From: Macrostomum lignano
Taxonomy: Eukaryota
Reading direction: 5' to 3'
DNA: 64,000 nucleotides
Assembly (NCBI GenBank): GCA_002269645.1
Contig: NIVC01003617.1
Span: forward strand, 23,301 to 87,300
Shown here: one piece after another, positions 1-11,760 of the stretch
Layout: the number at the start of each line of letters is the position of its first letter
Numbering within the stretch: the first letter of the stretch is position 1
The notes under the pieces: generated by a model
The model's input: the letters and a program-made list of their open reading frames with translations, nothing else
What the model was told of the DNA's origin: nothing
Database searches by the model: none
Made by a program: the position numbers and the translations under genes

Positions 1-1255
1 TCTCCCATTCTACCCTTCCCAGGCTACCTTCCCATTCTACCCCTCCCATGCTACCCTTCCCAGGCTACCCCTCCCAGGCTACCCTTCCCAGGCTACCCCT
101 CCCAGGTTACCCTTCCCAGGCTACCCTTCCAATTCTACCCTTCCCAGGCTACCTCTCCCATTCTACCCTTCCCAGGCTACCTCTCCCATTCTACCCTTCC
201 CAGGCTACCCTCCCATTCTACCCCTCCCATGCTACCCTTCCCAGGCTACCCCTCCCAGGCTACCCTTCCCAGGCTACCCCTCCCAGGCTACCCTTCCCAG
301 GCTACCCTTCCAATTCTACCCTTCCCAGGCTACCTCTCCCATTCTACCCTTCCCAGGCTACCTCTCCCATTCTACCCTTCCCAGGCTACCCTCCCATTCT
401 ACTCCTCCCATGCTACCCTTCCCAGGCTACCCCTCCCAGGCTACCCTTCCCAGGCTACCCCTCCCAGGCTACCCTTCCCAGGCTACCCTTCCAATTCTAC
501 CCTTCCCAGGCTACCTCTCCCATTCTACCCCTCCCAGGCTACCCTTCCCAGGCTACCTCTCCCAGGCAATCCTTCCTGGCTACCCTTCCCAGGCTAGCCC
601 TCCCAGGATAACCATCCGAGGATACCCTTCCCAGTGAGCTCTCAGCTCTCCCAAGCTACCCCGTCCAGTTTACCCCTCCCACTATACCCTTCCCAAGCTA
701 CTTCTCCTATGCAACCCTCCCAGGCTATCCCCTCCTATGCAACTCTCCCAGGCTACCCCTTCCATCACAACCTCTTCCAGGCTCTCTCCCAGGCTACCCG
801 TCCTAATCAAACCATCAGGCTCCTCTTTCCTACTCTTCCCCTCCTACTCTTCCCCTTCTACTCTACCCCTCCCAGGCGAACCTTCCCAGGCAGCCCTCCC
901 AGCCTACCCCTCCTAGGCAGCCCTCCCTGCCTACCCCTCCCAGGCAGCGCTCCGAGACTACCCACCCCTCCCAGGCAGCCCTCCCAGCCTACCCCTCCCA
1001 GCCTACCCCTCCCAGCGTACCCCTCCCAGCGTACGCCTCCCAGCCAACCCCTCCTAGGCAGCCCTCCCTGCCTACCCCTCCCAGGCAGCGCTCCGAGACT
1101 ACCCCTCCTACTCTACCACTCCCAGGCAGCCCTTCAAGGCTACTCCTCCCAGGCTATCCTTCCCAGGCTACCTCTCCCAAAACCCCTTCCTGACTACTCC
1201 TCCCAGGCTACCCCTTCCATGGCAACCACTTCCAGGCTATCTCCCACTGTGCCCC
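1..1255 (+). repeat. Degenerate 14-bp minisatellite (CTACCCTTCCCAGG), C-rich on + strand; left arm of a large inverted repeat, running off the window start
   Basis: Unit visible throughout 1-1255. The PSQATLP-type ORFs are translations of the repeat. Confidence 0.95.
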
Positions 1256-1504
1256 TGTGTACTGTCTCCATTTATGTTCGAAACTGAGAAGATTGTTTCG
1301 TTTTGGTATTATTTAAAAAGATAATGCATCATTATTTACTTCAGACGCTTCACTCTCATTATTTCTGGTGCGTACATGCGAGTCAGCTAACGCTGACGCC
1401 GCACTTAGTATTCGGCTTTCCAACGGGGAACTGTGCGTTTATGAAAGCCATTTAGGATTTGGGATGCCAGAAAAGAAATTCTATTTTGCAAGGATCCGAT
1501 GAAT

Positions 1505-1680
1505 GCTGCCGCTTCGGCTGCAGTGACCACCGGCTCAAGCGGAGGCGATCGCAGGACTGTTTGCTGCCTGCCGCTTCGGCTGAAGTGACCGCCGGCTCAA
1601 GCGGAGGACGATCGCAGGACTGTTTGCTGCCTGCCGCTTCGGCTGAAGTGACCGCCGGCTCAAGCGGAGGACGATCGCTG
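1505..1680 (+). repeat. 63-bp GC-rich VNTR, ~3 copies (left arm inner end)
   Basis: GTGACCGCCGGCTCAAGCGGAGG... recurs at 1585 and 1648 (period 63). Confidence 0.9.
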
Positions 1681-2469
1681 CTCGCGTGCTGTCATCCGGT
1701 TCCGCGAGGACCTTAACGAACAGTGGCATAGTGAGGGTTATTTAATAAACTATGGTTATGACCTGAACGATTGTCTGAAGTGATGCGTGTTTGTGTGACT
1801 CACACCCTGGCGATGCGCAGTCCTGTACCAGCAGCGGTTTGTAGTTGCTGTGTAGCTGCAGTTTCTGCGGGCAGCTCTATGTTGCGCGCATTACTTCAGT
1901 TGGTTTTGCGTAGCTGCATAAAGTTATTCTATCCAAGCGGCTCATCACCTTTGCGTTTATTGAGAGCTGTAAGTTTTTTGTCCTAATAGCAAATAAAAAA
2001 AGCATTTTTCTCGATCGATGTCACCCCGGTAATTTGGCTGTTGCGCCACGCATTTTCGCGCATATTTGGAAGTGTCCGAAGTCGCCCAAGTATTTTTCAC
2101 TTCGCGTTACACTTATTTCAGAAATTTCGCTCGCGCAAAAGAATTGACCAGATCGCAAGTCGCAGAGTTTGAAGTTTGGATCGCGGCGGCCTGAAAATTC
2201 TCTTATTCTGCTCAAAATGTTAAACTATCCTTAGCTAATGGCAAACTATCCACATAGTCTGGCTTATTTGCTACCTCAAGTAAGCTAGGTTTAAAAATAT
2301 CATTAAAGTTGGGTTGCATGAACAAGCGCGCACTAGCAAAAGCAAGCACGGCTAGAATGGAGATTAGCACAAGAGCGTATTGACACTGACGCAAGTATTT
2401 CACCTACATGTACATGTATGCTCAATCATGAATAAGTGCCAGTATGCACACGAGTATGTTTGACTTAGC

Positions 2470-3300
2470 TGCAGAGGGCATCACCGAGGCGCAGGGGTGG
2501 GGGCCCCAGCTGGGCCCGGTCCAGAAGCGCGCCGGCGGAGCCAGCCTTGCCGAGATGGAAACCATAACATCGTGGGCCGGGATCCGCTTGAGCTCCACCT
2601 GGTTGCCCAGCGCAAGCCCATGGAGCCGGGCGTTGCAGTCCAGGGACAGATCTGGAGTTGGTGGTGCTGCAGCAGACGGCCAGAATGGTTGCTTGGCTGT
2701 CGGAGTGAAAAATAAATTTCTGACTGCAAGCTAAACTGCCTTCGACGCAGCTCTGCCACACAGAAGCTGATGGCAAGCACCTCGCTCTGAAAAACACTGT
2801 AATTGAGTCCCAGTGTGCTGCCATTAGGTAGTGATGTAACCGCACTTGTCGCCTGTCCGCTCCGTTGAGGGACGAACGCATGACTAGAGGGGGGCAATGA
2901 CCGTAGGCTGCCTTGACCGGGCAATGACCTGACGGACCTCCAGCACCAGACTGTCCCGCCCACATGCAGATTGATAGCTTTGGTAGCGCTTCGTGACCAG
3001 AGGGCCAAGGACCCACATGGACCCCACCTGTAGCCAAGGTGCAATAGTTGGTCTCTCGGTCATAGTATGACCGAGTGGCTGCCACCACTCTATGTGACCT
3101 GGCGCACCTGGATCTTACTACCAGACCTCTCGAGGCTAGAGCCCCGCCTTGGTTGGTTACCAGGGGATTTAGGCTAACAGGGGAGACACATGCAGCCGAG
3201 TTACAGGGAACTCTGCTTGGGGCATGATCGGGAAATCTGGGCTCAATCTGGAGGATTTCTCAGCAGGGGATCCTTTTGTGGCTGTGAGCGAGGCTGACTT
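2470..3300 (-). mobile_element. Decayed non-LTR retrotransposon fragment (RNase H region, LOA/Lian-like)
   Basis: Minus-strand frames give LGLNYSVFQSEVLAISFC, FxSDSQATILAV and CNARLHGLALGNQVELKRIPAH, matching the VFQAE / SDSQA / L.W.P.H RNase H motifs, split by frameshifts. Confidence 0.75.
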
Positions 3301-4269
3301 GCGACTTTGATTACTATCGAGTAGTATGAGGCGAACATGTACTGTCTATGGTTTAGATTGCTCAGGGCGAAGGGACGCGTCAGCATGGGGTTGCAACCTT
3401 CCTACTGCCATTCTGTGCCAAGACTCGCTGATTCCCTCTATACTGCATGCAACACACGGACCCGCAGCACGCACTCACAGGCGGACTTTGCACGGGGAGA
3501 GGCCATTAGCTTACCCAAACTTCCTTATGCTTCGCCACCCCGGGAGAAAGGCTTAGCAAGCCATGGGTGAAATGATGGTGAAAGAGTGAATAATGATGAG
3601 GTTAGTTAATAATTAATAATTAGGCCCTTAGGCAAATAATCAGGCAATTAGGCGGCTTCACTATTGAGTAAAAGTACAGCAAAAGATACGGTATCACAAT
3701 TGGCTCAGCTCTCTAATCAAGCAATGGAAAATAGGCAAACCCCGGATAAGCAAAGGCAATTAGAGCACAAAATAGTAACAGAAACTTACCGGCAGCTGCA
3801 CAGAGAGAGAGAGAGCGATGGAGTGACCGAGGACGGCTGTAGGCTGCAGTCAGGCAGACAGTGAAGCGGCGATGCGCTGAAGCGACGAGGCGCTGATGTA
3901 GATCAGGCGATGCTGATGTTGCTGGGCGGTATCAGACCGTTGGCCGATAGGCGAGCTCATTTTGGGAGCTAAGGTGACTTGGCGGTATCAGACAGCGGGC
4001 CGGCAGGGATTCGCCCTATAGACGAATAGGTCAGAGCTACGTCTGACAGCAAGTCTAAAGAAAGACGAGGAGCCCGAAGGTTGAGGATTCTCATGCCGAA
4101 ATCGCTTCCTTATATAGCCTTCCCAGCCGCCGCTCCAAGGTCGTTACCATGACTCCCTCTCTCTGATTGGCTGCCGGCAGAATGACGTCAGAATGAGTCA
4201 TGATGAGAAGCATGAGACCGGCATAGCAACATGAGAAATGGGAGAATTGCGCAATCCGGAGGCGGCGTG

Positions 4270-4585
4270 GGGGATAATTGGCGCAGCGGGAGGCCGCGAA
4301 AGTGTTGCGCAATCAAACATTGAGAACAATGGGGCGGGGGTCGAGAACAAAGGAATTGGAAATCGGGGATAATTGGGGAGAACCGAGAACAATAGAAAAG
4401 CAAACATTGGAGAAAGGTGATAATTGCGAAAGGTGCGAAAATGAGAACAATAGAAAGAGAAAATCGGAGAAAATGTGATAATTGGTGGGGATAAAGAGAA
4501 CAAAAGAATAAAAAACGAGAACAATAGAAGCGGAGGTGGGGTGGGTGTCGCATGAGAAATTTGGGGAGGAGAACAATAGCATAAG
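4270..4585 (+). repeat. Degenerate purine-rich repeat with seven GAGAACAA(T/A) motifs interleaved with GATAATTG
   Basis: GAGAACAA at ~4322, 4343, 4385, 4443, 4496, 4517 and 4569. GATAATTG at ~4273, 4368, 4420 and 4478. Confidence 0.7.
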
Positions 4586-6287
4586 AAAAGGTTGCGCAAG
4601 AGAGGGGAATAAGTCGTCGATGAGTCATCGAGGGGATAGAGGGGTCACACGACCTGCGTCACCGTTTGGGAGTTTGAGAAGGGATGGGGGCGGTGAGCAC
4701 ACAAAATACTGTAAGTAGACGCAGGGAAAGGGGGACAGCGCAGGAAAATAGTGCAGAAAGAGACAAAAAGAGAGAAGGCAGGAAAATTACACGAAGAATA
4801 GAGGGAAGCGCAGAGGAGATAGGGTAGAAGGGGAGGTACAGAGAGGGGTAGGGAGCTCCGGAAAGGCAAGTGTGGCGGCAGGGGAGACGGAGCCAAGGCA
4901 GCAGGAGGTGCAGCAGAGCGGTAGTCTGCAGGCCTGGTCGAAGACCTTAGCCCAGTCTCGACGGCTCTGCGCAGGGGGTGCACGGCGATGAGCGGGACCC
5001 TTCGAAAAAGTTTCCCTACCAGAGCGTGGTTACATCAGTAGTTAATAATACATGTACCTTTGCACGCTTAATATTTAACAACAAAACTTATCTCTACTTT
5101 TGCCACTTTAATTTACTGATTGCAAGTGGATCCACACGCAGCCGTGGAGTGGATTGGAGCATAAGAAAACTCCAGCGTTGGAGCGAGTACTGGAGCTGAT
5201 ATAAACGTCCAGTACTGGAGTTTCGGTTTTGGCACTGGAAAAGTGCAGATAACTCTTTTGGATGACCTTCTGGCGCTCTGGGACCGGCGCCAATCGACTC
5301 AGGGAGCCGAAATCTATCAGAAAATGTTGGGCGCATAGGCGCTAAAGCCACTCTGCAAAATGCCAAAATGTTGTATCCTCCCCGCCGGCCTAGGTGCACT
5401 TGTCAAATCTGCACCTGATCAACCTGCTGTCAGTAAAGATTCTGCAAGTAAACCGTCTGTCCTGCAACTTGCAACTAATCAAAACTACGCAAGCCGCTGA
5501 GCAGTGTCGCACTAAACTGCACGCTAAAATCGACCATCAATCTAGTATTGGAGTCTGCAAGGCTCTAATGCTGGAGTTTCCTTTATATTCCACTACTGGA
5601 GTTACGCCAAAATGCACTTCTTTCCGAGCCATACGACTGTAAGATATATATGCTAGTATCAGAGAACTCCGTATAAACTGTAAAAGGCAAACATAGATGG
5701 CTATAACAAAGTTAGCATATATACAGGCCAGGTGTTTGAAAGAAACATTCAGCTACGGCTTCAGTTTGCGAAGTCGGTGAGAGCAAACGGGGGTTAATTG
5801 CCTGGACGTCTCGGGAATCTCACCATGCCTTTATACATGTAGATGAAGTTGGCCAGCCTTCGAGACACTTGCACAGCCGATCTGCATGGGTCCAGTTGAA
5901 CATGGAAAATTTTTTCAAGGATCTTCTCAAATGCAAGCACGGAAGTGTTAGCGCAACGCTGCCCAGAATCAAGAGAATGGGCATGACAGAAGCAGCTGCA
6001 AAGAACTCTCTATAGTAGTGAATTCTCTACAAGCAGTGGAAGTATGACCAGGCAAGTTTGTTTCAATGATTCGACCAGTCTGACAAATTTTATTTGTGTG
6101 AACGTAGTCACTGTAATAAATAAAGGCTTTTCCTCGGTAGAAAATCGAGCAACGTGGATAAACTTACATGTAGCTCGTCAAAACTGACATTCTCTTCAAT
6201 TCATCGGTGACATCATGCTGACAACATGCGGATGGCGAAGCTTGAAGTTGTAGTCGTGAAGTTGAAAAGGCAATTAACGGGAGCACG

Positions 6288-6505
6288 AGAATTTCCCGCA
6301 GGAATTTTTCCCGCCGAGCTTTCTCCGCAGGAGCTTTCCCGCAAGAGATTCTCCCGCAGCGAGTTTTTACCGCAGCGAGAGTTTCCCGCAGGAAATTTCC
6401 CCGTCGAGATTTTCCCGCCGAGCTTTTACCGCCCAGATTTTCCCGCACGAATTTTCCCCGCAGACTTTTTCCAGCAGAAAGATTTTCCCGCAAGAAATTT
6501 CTCGT
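6288..6505 (+). repeat. Array of ~14 TTTCCCGC-like motifs at 15-20 bp spacing
   Basis: About seven exact TTTCCCGC plus about seven one-mismatch variants. Confidence 0.8.
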
Positions 6506-8171
6506 GATTGCCTGTTTACCTTCCTACCTTCCTACCTGTCTGTCTGTCTGTCTGCCTGCCTGCCTGGCTGCCTGTGTCGAATTTATCAAAAGAAAATCGC
6601 GTCTCTGCTAGCTTTCCTTTTTATAATTTCTTTCTTAAGGTAAACTTATTCTTATTCTTCTTATTCTCATAGACCCGCAATTAACGCCTCCTCGCTGCGT
6701 CCGGATGCCTGGAACCCCTGCAGCTAAGTCAAGTAACCCTCTACTACTGTACACAACTCTCAAATCTGCTCAATAACTTGCATGTAGATAGTGCATGTGC
6801 ACTTGCCAAGCAGAGAGAAGGCTAAACACTTCTACCCGGTATTGTGCTTCTCAGTTCAAATACGTATTTAAGAAATTAATAACATGCAATCCGTGTTTCC
6901 CATTCAAGTTATTTTCAGCAGTACAGCATTTTTGCGCCCCCTCATAATTGGTACCCCTCATACTCATGTTGGCCTCCCAAACTTGGACCGCCCCCTCCCA
7001 AAATGAAATTCTAGATCCGCCATTGCTCGTGCATGATAAGACTAACTGAATTTACTATTACTAATATACCTATACAGTGTTTAACCAACAGGTGCTGCAG
7101 AGACAGAGGGCGAGAAGGAGAAAGGGAGGCCAAGAGGGGTAGACAAACTATTGAGACTACTGTAATGTAAAATCATATACTTTATACCTCTCGCCCTATG
7201 GCTCTACCTCCAACTATTCTTTGTGACCGTCGTGTGACCATATTTGTGTCATCAAAGAGAATTCGATAAAACAGGAATGTTTCAGAACAGGACAGAGTGA
7301 ATTATCGTAAAAAGCATAGGTAAAAGCAGTGCAGCCTGTTTTATTTTAGAGTCACATGTTTATAATACCAGGTTTGGCGAAAAAACGCGCTGCATAGTTC
7401 TCTCAAAGTTTGATTAGCAAAACTCGACAGGGGGGACAAAAACTGGTTACAGCAGTACAGAGCGAGAGAAAGAGGGTCACCGTTTGATGGTAGTGAAATA
7501 TTGCAAAGAGGTCACGGATTAAATGTTCTACATGCCACAGTCACAGAGAAGTGTGACCAAACATATTTAAACGGCTAACAGCTAATTTCTGTCCAATGTG
7601 GCTGAATAGTCATACATGTCGTAGTCGTCACTGTCGTCTTCTTTCTGAGATCCTTCTACGAGGATCCTGCGTGCACTCTGCGTTCTGTGCATCGGCAGCA
7701 GCGTAATGCACATTGCTTTGTCTCATCTCGACACCTGCCAAGAATGAGAGAAAAATTCCTTGTATTTAAAATGCAAATGCATGGTGAAAAGCATTCCAAT
7801 ACAGTTCATAGCTAATCTGTATTGTTAGCACTTGATGCTGGAGTGACTATGAGCGGAGAAGCTGAATAGGTTATGTACGCGACCAAAACAATTCACTGAT
7901 TTCACTAGGAAGAAGCTAAATACATGCCATCTTACCATCTACGTACTCTTTTTGTTTCAAACGACCTCATTTAACGAATTCTGCTGATGATATTGTAGAG
8001 TGTATAAGCGGCAGCACATAATACTCATATTTTTTACTCACTGCTAATTCCACGCGAAGATAAATAACTGGCAAAGATTTCCTCTGAAGGAAATCTGATA
8101 ATATGCTCCTTCATTAGTCCTTCGTTCGCCCTTAGCACTCGCAACACTCGTAGATGATAGCACGCGGAGCA

Positions 8172-8470
8172 GCGATCGTCCTCCGCTTGAGCCGGTGGTC
8201 ACTGCGACAAGCGGCAGGCAGCAAACAGTCCTGCGATCGTCCTCCGCTTGAGCCGGTGGTCACTGCAGCCGAAGCGGCAGGCAGCAAACATTCCTGCGAT
8301 CGTCCTCCGCTTGAGCCGGTGGTCACTTCAGCCGAAGCGGCAGGCAGCAAACAGTCCTGCGATCGTCCTCCGCTTGAGCCGGCGGTCACTTCAGCCGAAG
8401 CGGCAGGCAGCAAACAGTCCTGCGATCGCCTCCGCTTGAGCCGGTGGTCACTGCAGCCGAAGCGGCAGCA
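8172..8470 (-). repeat. 63-bp VNTR, ~5 copies (right arm inner end), inverted relative to 1505-1680
   Basis: Reverse complement of the left unit. ORF 8132-8515 shares its N-terminus with ORF 1459-1716. Confidence 0.9.
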
Positions 8471-8724
8471 TTCATCGGATCCTTGCAAAATAGAATTTCT
8501 TTTCTGGCATCCCAAATCCTAAATGGCTTTCATAAACGCACAGTTCCCCGTTGGAAAGCCGAATACTAAGTGCGGCGTCAGCGTTAGCTGACTCGCATGT
8601 ACGCACCTGAAATAATGAGAGTGAAGCGTCTGAAGTAAATAATGATGCATTATCTTTTTAAATAATACCAAAACGAAACAATCTTCTCAGTTTCGAACAT
8701 AAATGGAGACAGTACGCAGGGGCA

Positions 8725-10620
8725 CAGTGGGAGATAGCCTGGAAGTGGTTGCCATGGAAGGGGTAGCCTGGGAGGAGTAGTCAGGAAGGGGTTTTGGGAG
8801 AGGTAGCCTGGGAAGGATAGCCTGGGAGGAGTAGCCTTGAAGGGCTGCCTGGGAAGGGTAGCCTGGGAGGAGTAGTCAGGAAGGGGTTTTGGGAGAGGTA
8901 GCCTGGGAAGGATAGCCTGGGAGGGGTAGAATGGGAGGGCTGCCTGGGAGGGGTAACCAGGAAGGATTGCCTGGGAAGGGTAGCCTGGGAGGGGTAGAAT
9001 GGGAGAGCTGCCTGGGAAGGGTAGCCTGGGAAAGGTAGCCTAGGAGGGGTAGAATGGGAGGGCTGCCTGGGAAGGTCAGCCTGGGAGGGGTATAATGGGA
9101 GGGGTAGAATTGTAGGGCTGCCGGGGAAGGATAGCCAGGAAGGATTGCCTGGGAAAGGTAGCCTGGGAAGGGTAGCCTGGGAGGGCTGCCTAGGAAGGGT
9201 AGCCTGGGAGGGGTAGAATGGGAGGGCTGCCGGGGAAGGATAGCTTGGGAGAGGTAGCCTGGGAAGGGTAGCCTGGGAGGGGTAGCCAGGAAGTATTGAC
9301 TGGAAGGAGTCTGGGAGGGCCTGGGAGGGCTGCGGCTGCCTAGGAAGGGTAGCCTGGGAAGGGTAGCCTGGGAAGGGTAGCCTGGGAAGGGTAGCCTGGG
9401 AAGGGTAGCCTGGGAGGGGTAGCCTGGGAAGGGTAGCCTGGGAGGGGTATAAAGGGATGGGTAGAATTGTAGGGCTGCCGGGGAAGGATAGCCAGGAAGG
9501 ATTGCCTGGGAAAGGTAGCCTGGGAAGGGTAGCCTGGGAGGGCTGCCTAGGAAGGGTAGCCTGGGAGGGGTAGAATGGGAGGGCTGCCGGGGAAGGATAG
9601 CTTGGGAGAGGTAGCCTGGGAAGGGTAGCCTGGGAGGGGTAGCCAGGAAGTATTGACTGGAAGGAGTCTGGGAGGGCCTGGGAGGGCTGCGGCTGCCTAG
9701 GAAGGGTAGCCTGGGAAGGGTAGCCTGGGAAGGGTAGCCTGGGAAGGGTAGCCTGGGAAGGGTAGCCGGGGAAGGATTGCCTGGGAAAGGTAGCCTGGGA
9801 AGGGTAGCCTGGGAAGGGTAGCCTGGGAGGGGTAGAATGGGAGGGCTGCCTAGGTGCCTAGGAAGGGTAGCCTGGGAGGGGTAGAATGGGAGAGCCGCAA
9901 GGAAAGGGTAGCCTGGGAGGGGTAGAATGGGAGGGCTGCCTAGGAAGGGTAGCCTGGGAGGGGTAGAATGGGAGGGCTGCCTAGGAAGGGTAGCCTGGAA
10001 GGGGTAGAATGGGAGAGCTGCCTGGGAAGGGTAGGCTGGGAAGGCCGAAGGGTAGCCAGGAAGGATTGACTGGAAGAGGTAGCCTGGGAAGGATAGCCTG
10101 GGAGGGGTAGAATGGGAGAGCTGCCTGGGAAGGGTAGCCTGGGAGGGGTAGCCAGGAAGGATTGCTTGGAAGAGGTAGCCTGGGAAAGGTAGCCTGGGAG
10201 GGGTAGAATTGGAGGGCTGCCTGGGAAAGGTAGCCAGGAAGGATTGCCTGGGAGAGGTAGCCTGGAAGAGTAGCCTGGGAGAGGTAGAATGGGAGAGCTG
10301 CCTAGGAAGGGTAGCCAGGAAGTATTGCCTGGGAGAAGTAGCCTAGGAAGGGTAGCCATAGAGAAGTAGCCTAATAGGGCTGTCTGGGAAGGGTAGCAGC
10401 CTAGGAGAGATTGAATGGGAAGGATAGCCTAGGAAGGCTACTTGGGAGAGGTAGAGTAAGAAAGGTAGCCTAGAGGGGCTGTCTAAGAGGGCTGCCTTGA
10501 GGGTTTGCTTAGAAGGGCTACCTAAGAAAGATAGCTTAGAAGGACTACCTGGGAGGAATAGCCTAAAATAGAGAGCCTAGATGTCCTGGAAGGGGAACCT
10601 AGAAGGGCTACCTAGAAGAG
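8725..10620 (-). repeat. 14-bp minisatellite (CCTGGGAAGGGTAG on +), G-rich on + strand; right arm of the inverted repeat
   Basis: Pure units at 9345-9420 and 9705-9770, with an internal duplicated block. Units become increasingly G>A-mutated after ~10260. Confidence 0.95.
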
Positions 10621-11760
10621 GTAGCAAGGGAGATCCAAGGGTCCCAAGGGGGCATAGCCATGATATCCTTCTTAACTATGGTTAAAAAACTTTGGATCAT
10701 ATTTTTGGCCTATAACTATATAAGTGCAAGGTCTATTTTCTAATTTTAGGTTATAGTTGCTTTGTATAGTTTGCCCTTTTCAAATTTCTCTAGATATTTC
10801 CTTGAAAGATAATTATAAAGGCTAGCCAAAGAAAAATAGCTTAGAATAAAGAAGCCTAGCTAGAATAAACTAGATTAGGTAGACTAAGTGAGGTAGACTA
10901 GCCTAGTCTAACTAGGTAAGGTAGTCATAAAGGTTGTTTAAAAAAGAATAATAGCCTAGCTAAGCCTTGGTAAGCTATAGTATAGGCAAAACTTTTTTAT
11001 TTACTTTTTTAACTTTAACAACAAAGTAATAGGCTAGGCCTATACTAACAAAATATATTTGTTAAATGTTCATAGTAGTATAGTAGGCTCTATACTAGAA
11101 TTAGAACTAGAAATGTTTATGTTTAATATAGGCTTTACAAATAATTTACTTGTCTAGGCCTAATATTAATAACAAAAACTTTTTTATACTTATAGTCTAA
11201 AGACAAAGTAGCTACCTAGCTATATGAGCTATATGTCCATATAATATATAACACTTGATTAGACCTAGCCCTACCTTTAGATGGCTACAATAAAAACCTA
11301 TACTAGCCATAGATAAGCCTAGCATATGCTATATATAGGCCTAGGGCTGGGGCTAGGCTCTAAAATTTCAACCAAGAAGCCCAGATATAGATTAGAAAGA
11401 ACTTATCTTATCAACTCATATCTAGTCATTATTAGCCTATCCTAGCCTTCTAACTAAAGATAATATATCCCTGTTATTTTAAAGTAGACCAGAAAATGTG
11501 AATTGGCCTATACTATAGTACAATTAAATTCCAACAATGAAATAGTTGCTTGATATCAAAGGTAGCTTTTTGAACTAGGCCTAGTCAATTAGTCCAGTTG
11601 TGTCTAAGCCTAGTAAAGGTAAAGATTAACTACTTGCTAATGCTTAACAATAATGAAATGGCTTAGTATTAAACTGTAACGACTCTTGTACTTAACCATT
11701 ACCCTAGCCTAAAACTATTAGTACTTAGGACTTTCTATCTAGGCCCCTAGCTCATTTTAA
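10380..11760. other. CpG-free, TpA-rich hypermutated tract (RIP-like signature)
   Basis: Manual scan found one CpG (~11680) in 1380 bp versus ~11 in the next 160 bp. Line 10861-10920 has 12 TpA, 1 TpG and 0 CpA. Repeat units read CCTAGGA/CCTAGAA instead of CCTGGGA. Confidence 0.8.

Larger units (their letters stand above)
1..10620. mobile_element. Foldback-like inverted-repeat structure: arms 1-~1695 and ~8155-~10620 around a ~6.45-kb interior
   Basis: Unique segment ~1200-1530 is the reverse complement of ~8460-8790 (2 differences seen in ~300 bp). Both arms share the order minisatellite, unique segment, 63-bp VNTR. No transposase or TSD visible, so the transposon interpretation is inference. 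Confidence 0.5.

Noticed and set aside
48-1287. Pro-rich ORFs (PSQATLP repeats), also 9940-10359
   Set aside because: Translations of the 14-bp minisatellite; the unit is not a multiple of 3 and frames shift constantly.
1459-1716. Twin ORFs MGCQKRNS... (also 8132-8515)
   Set aside because: Identical only because of the inverted duplication; open through a stop-free 63-bp VNTR; no domain.
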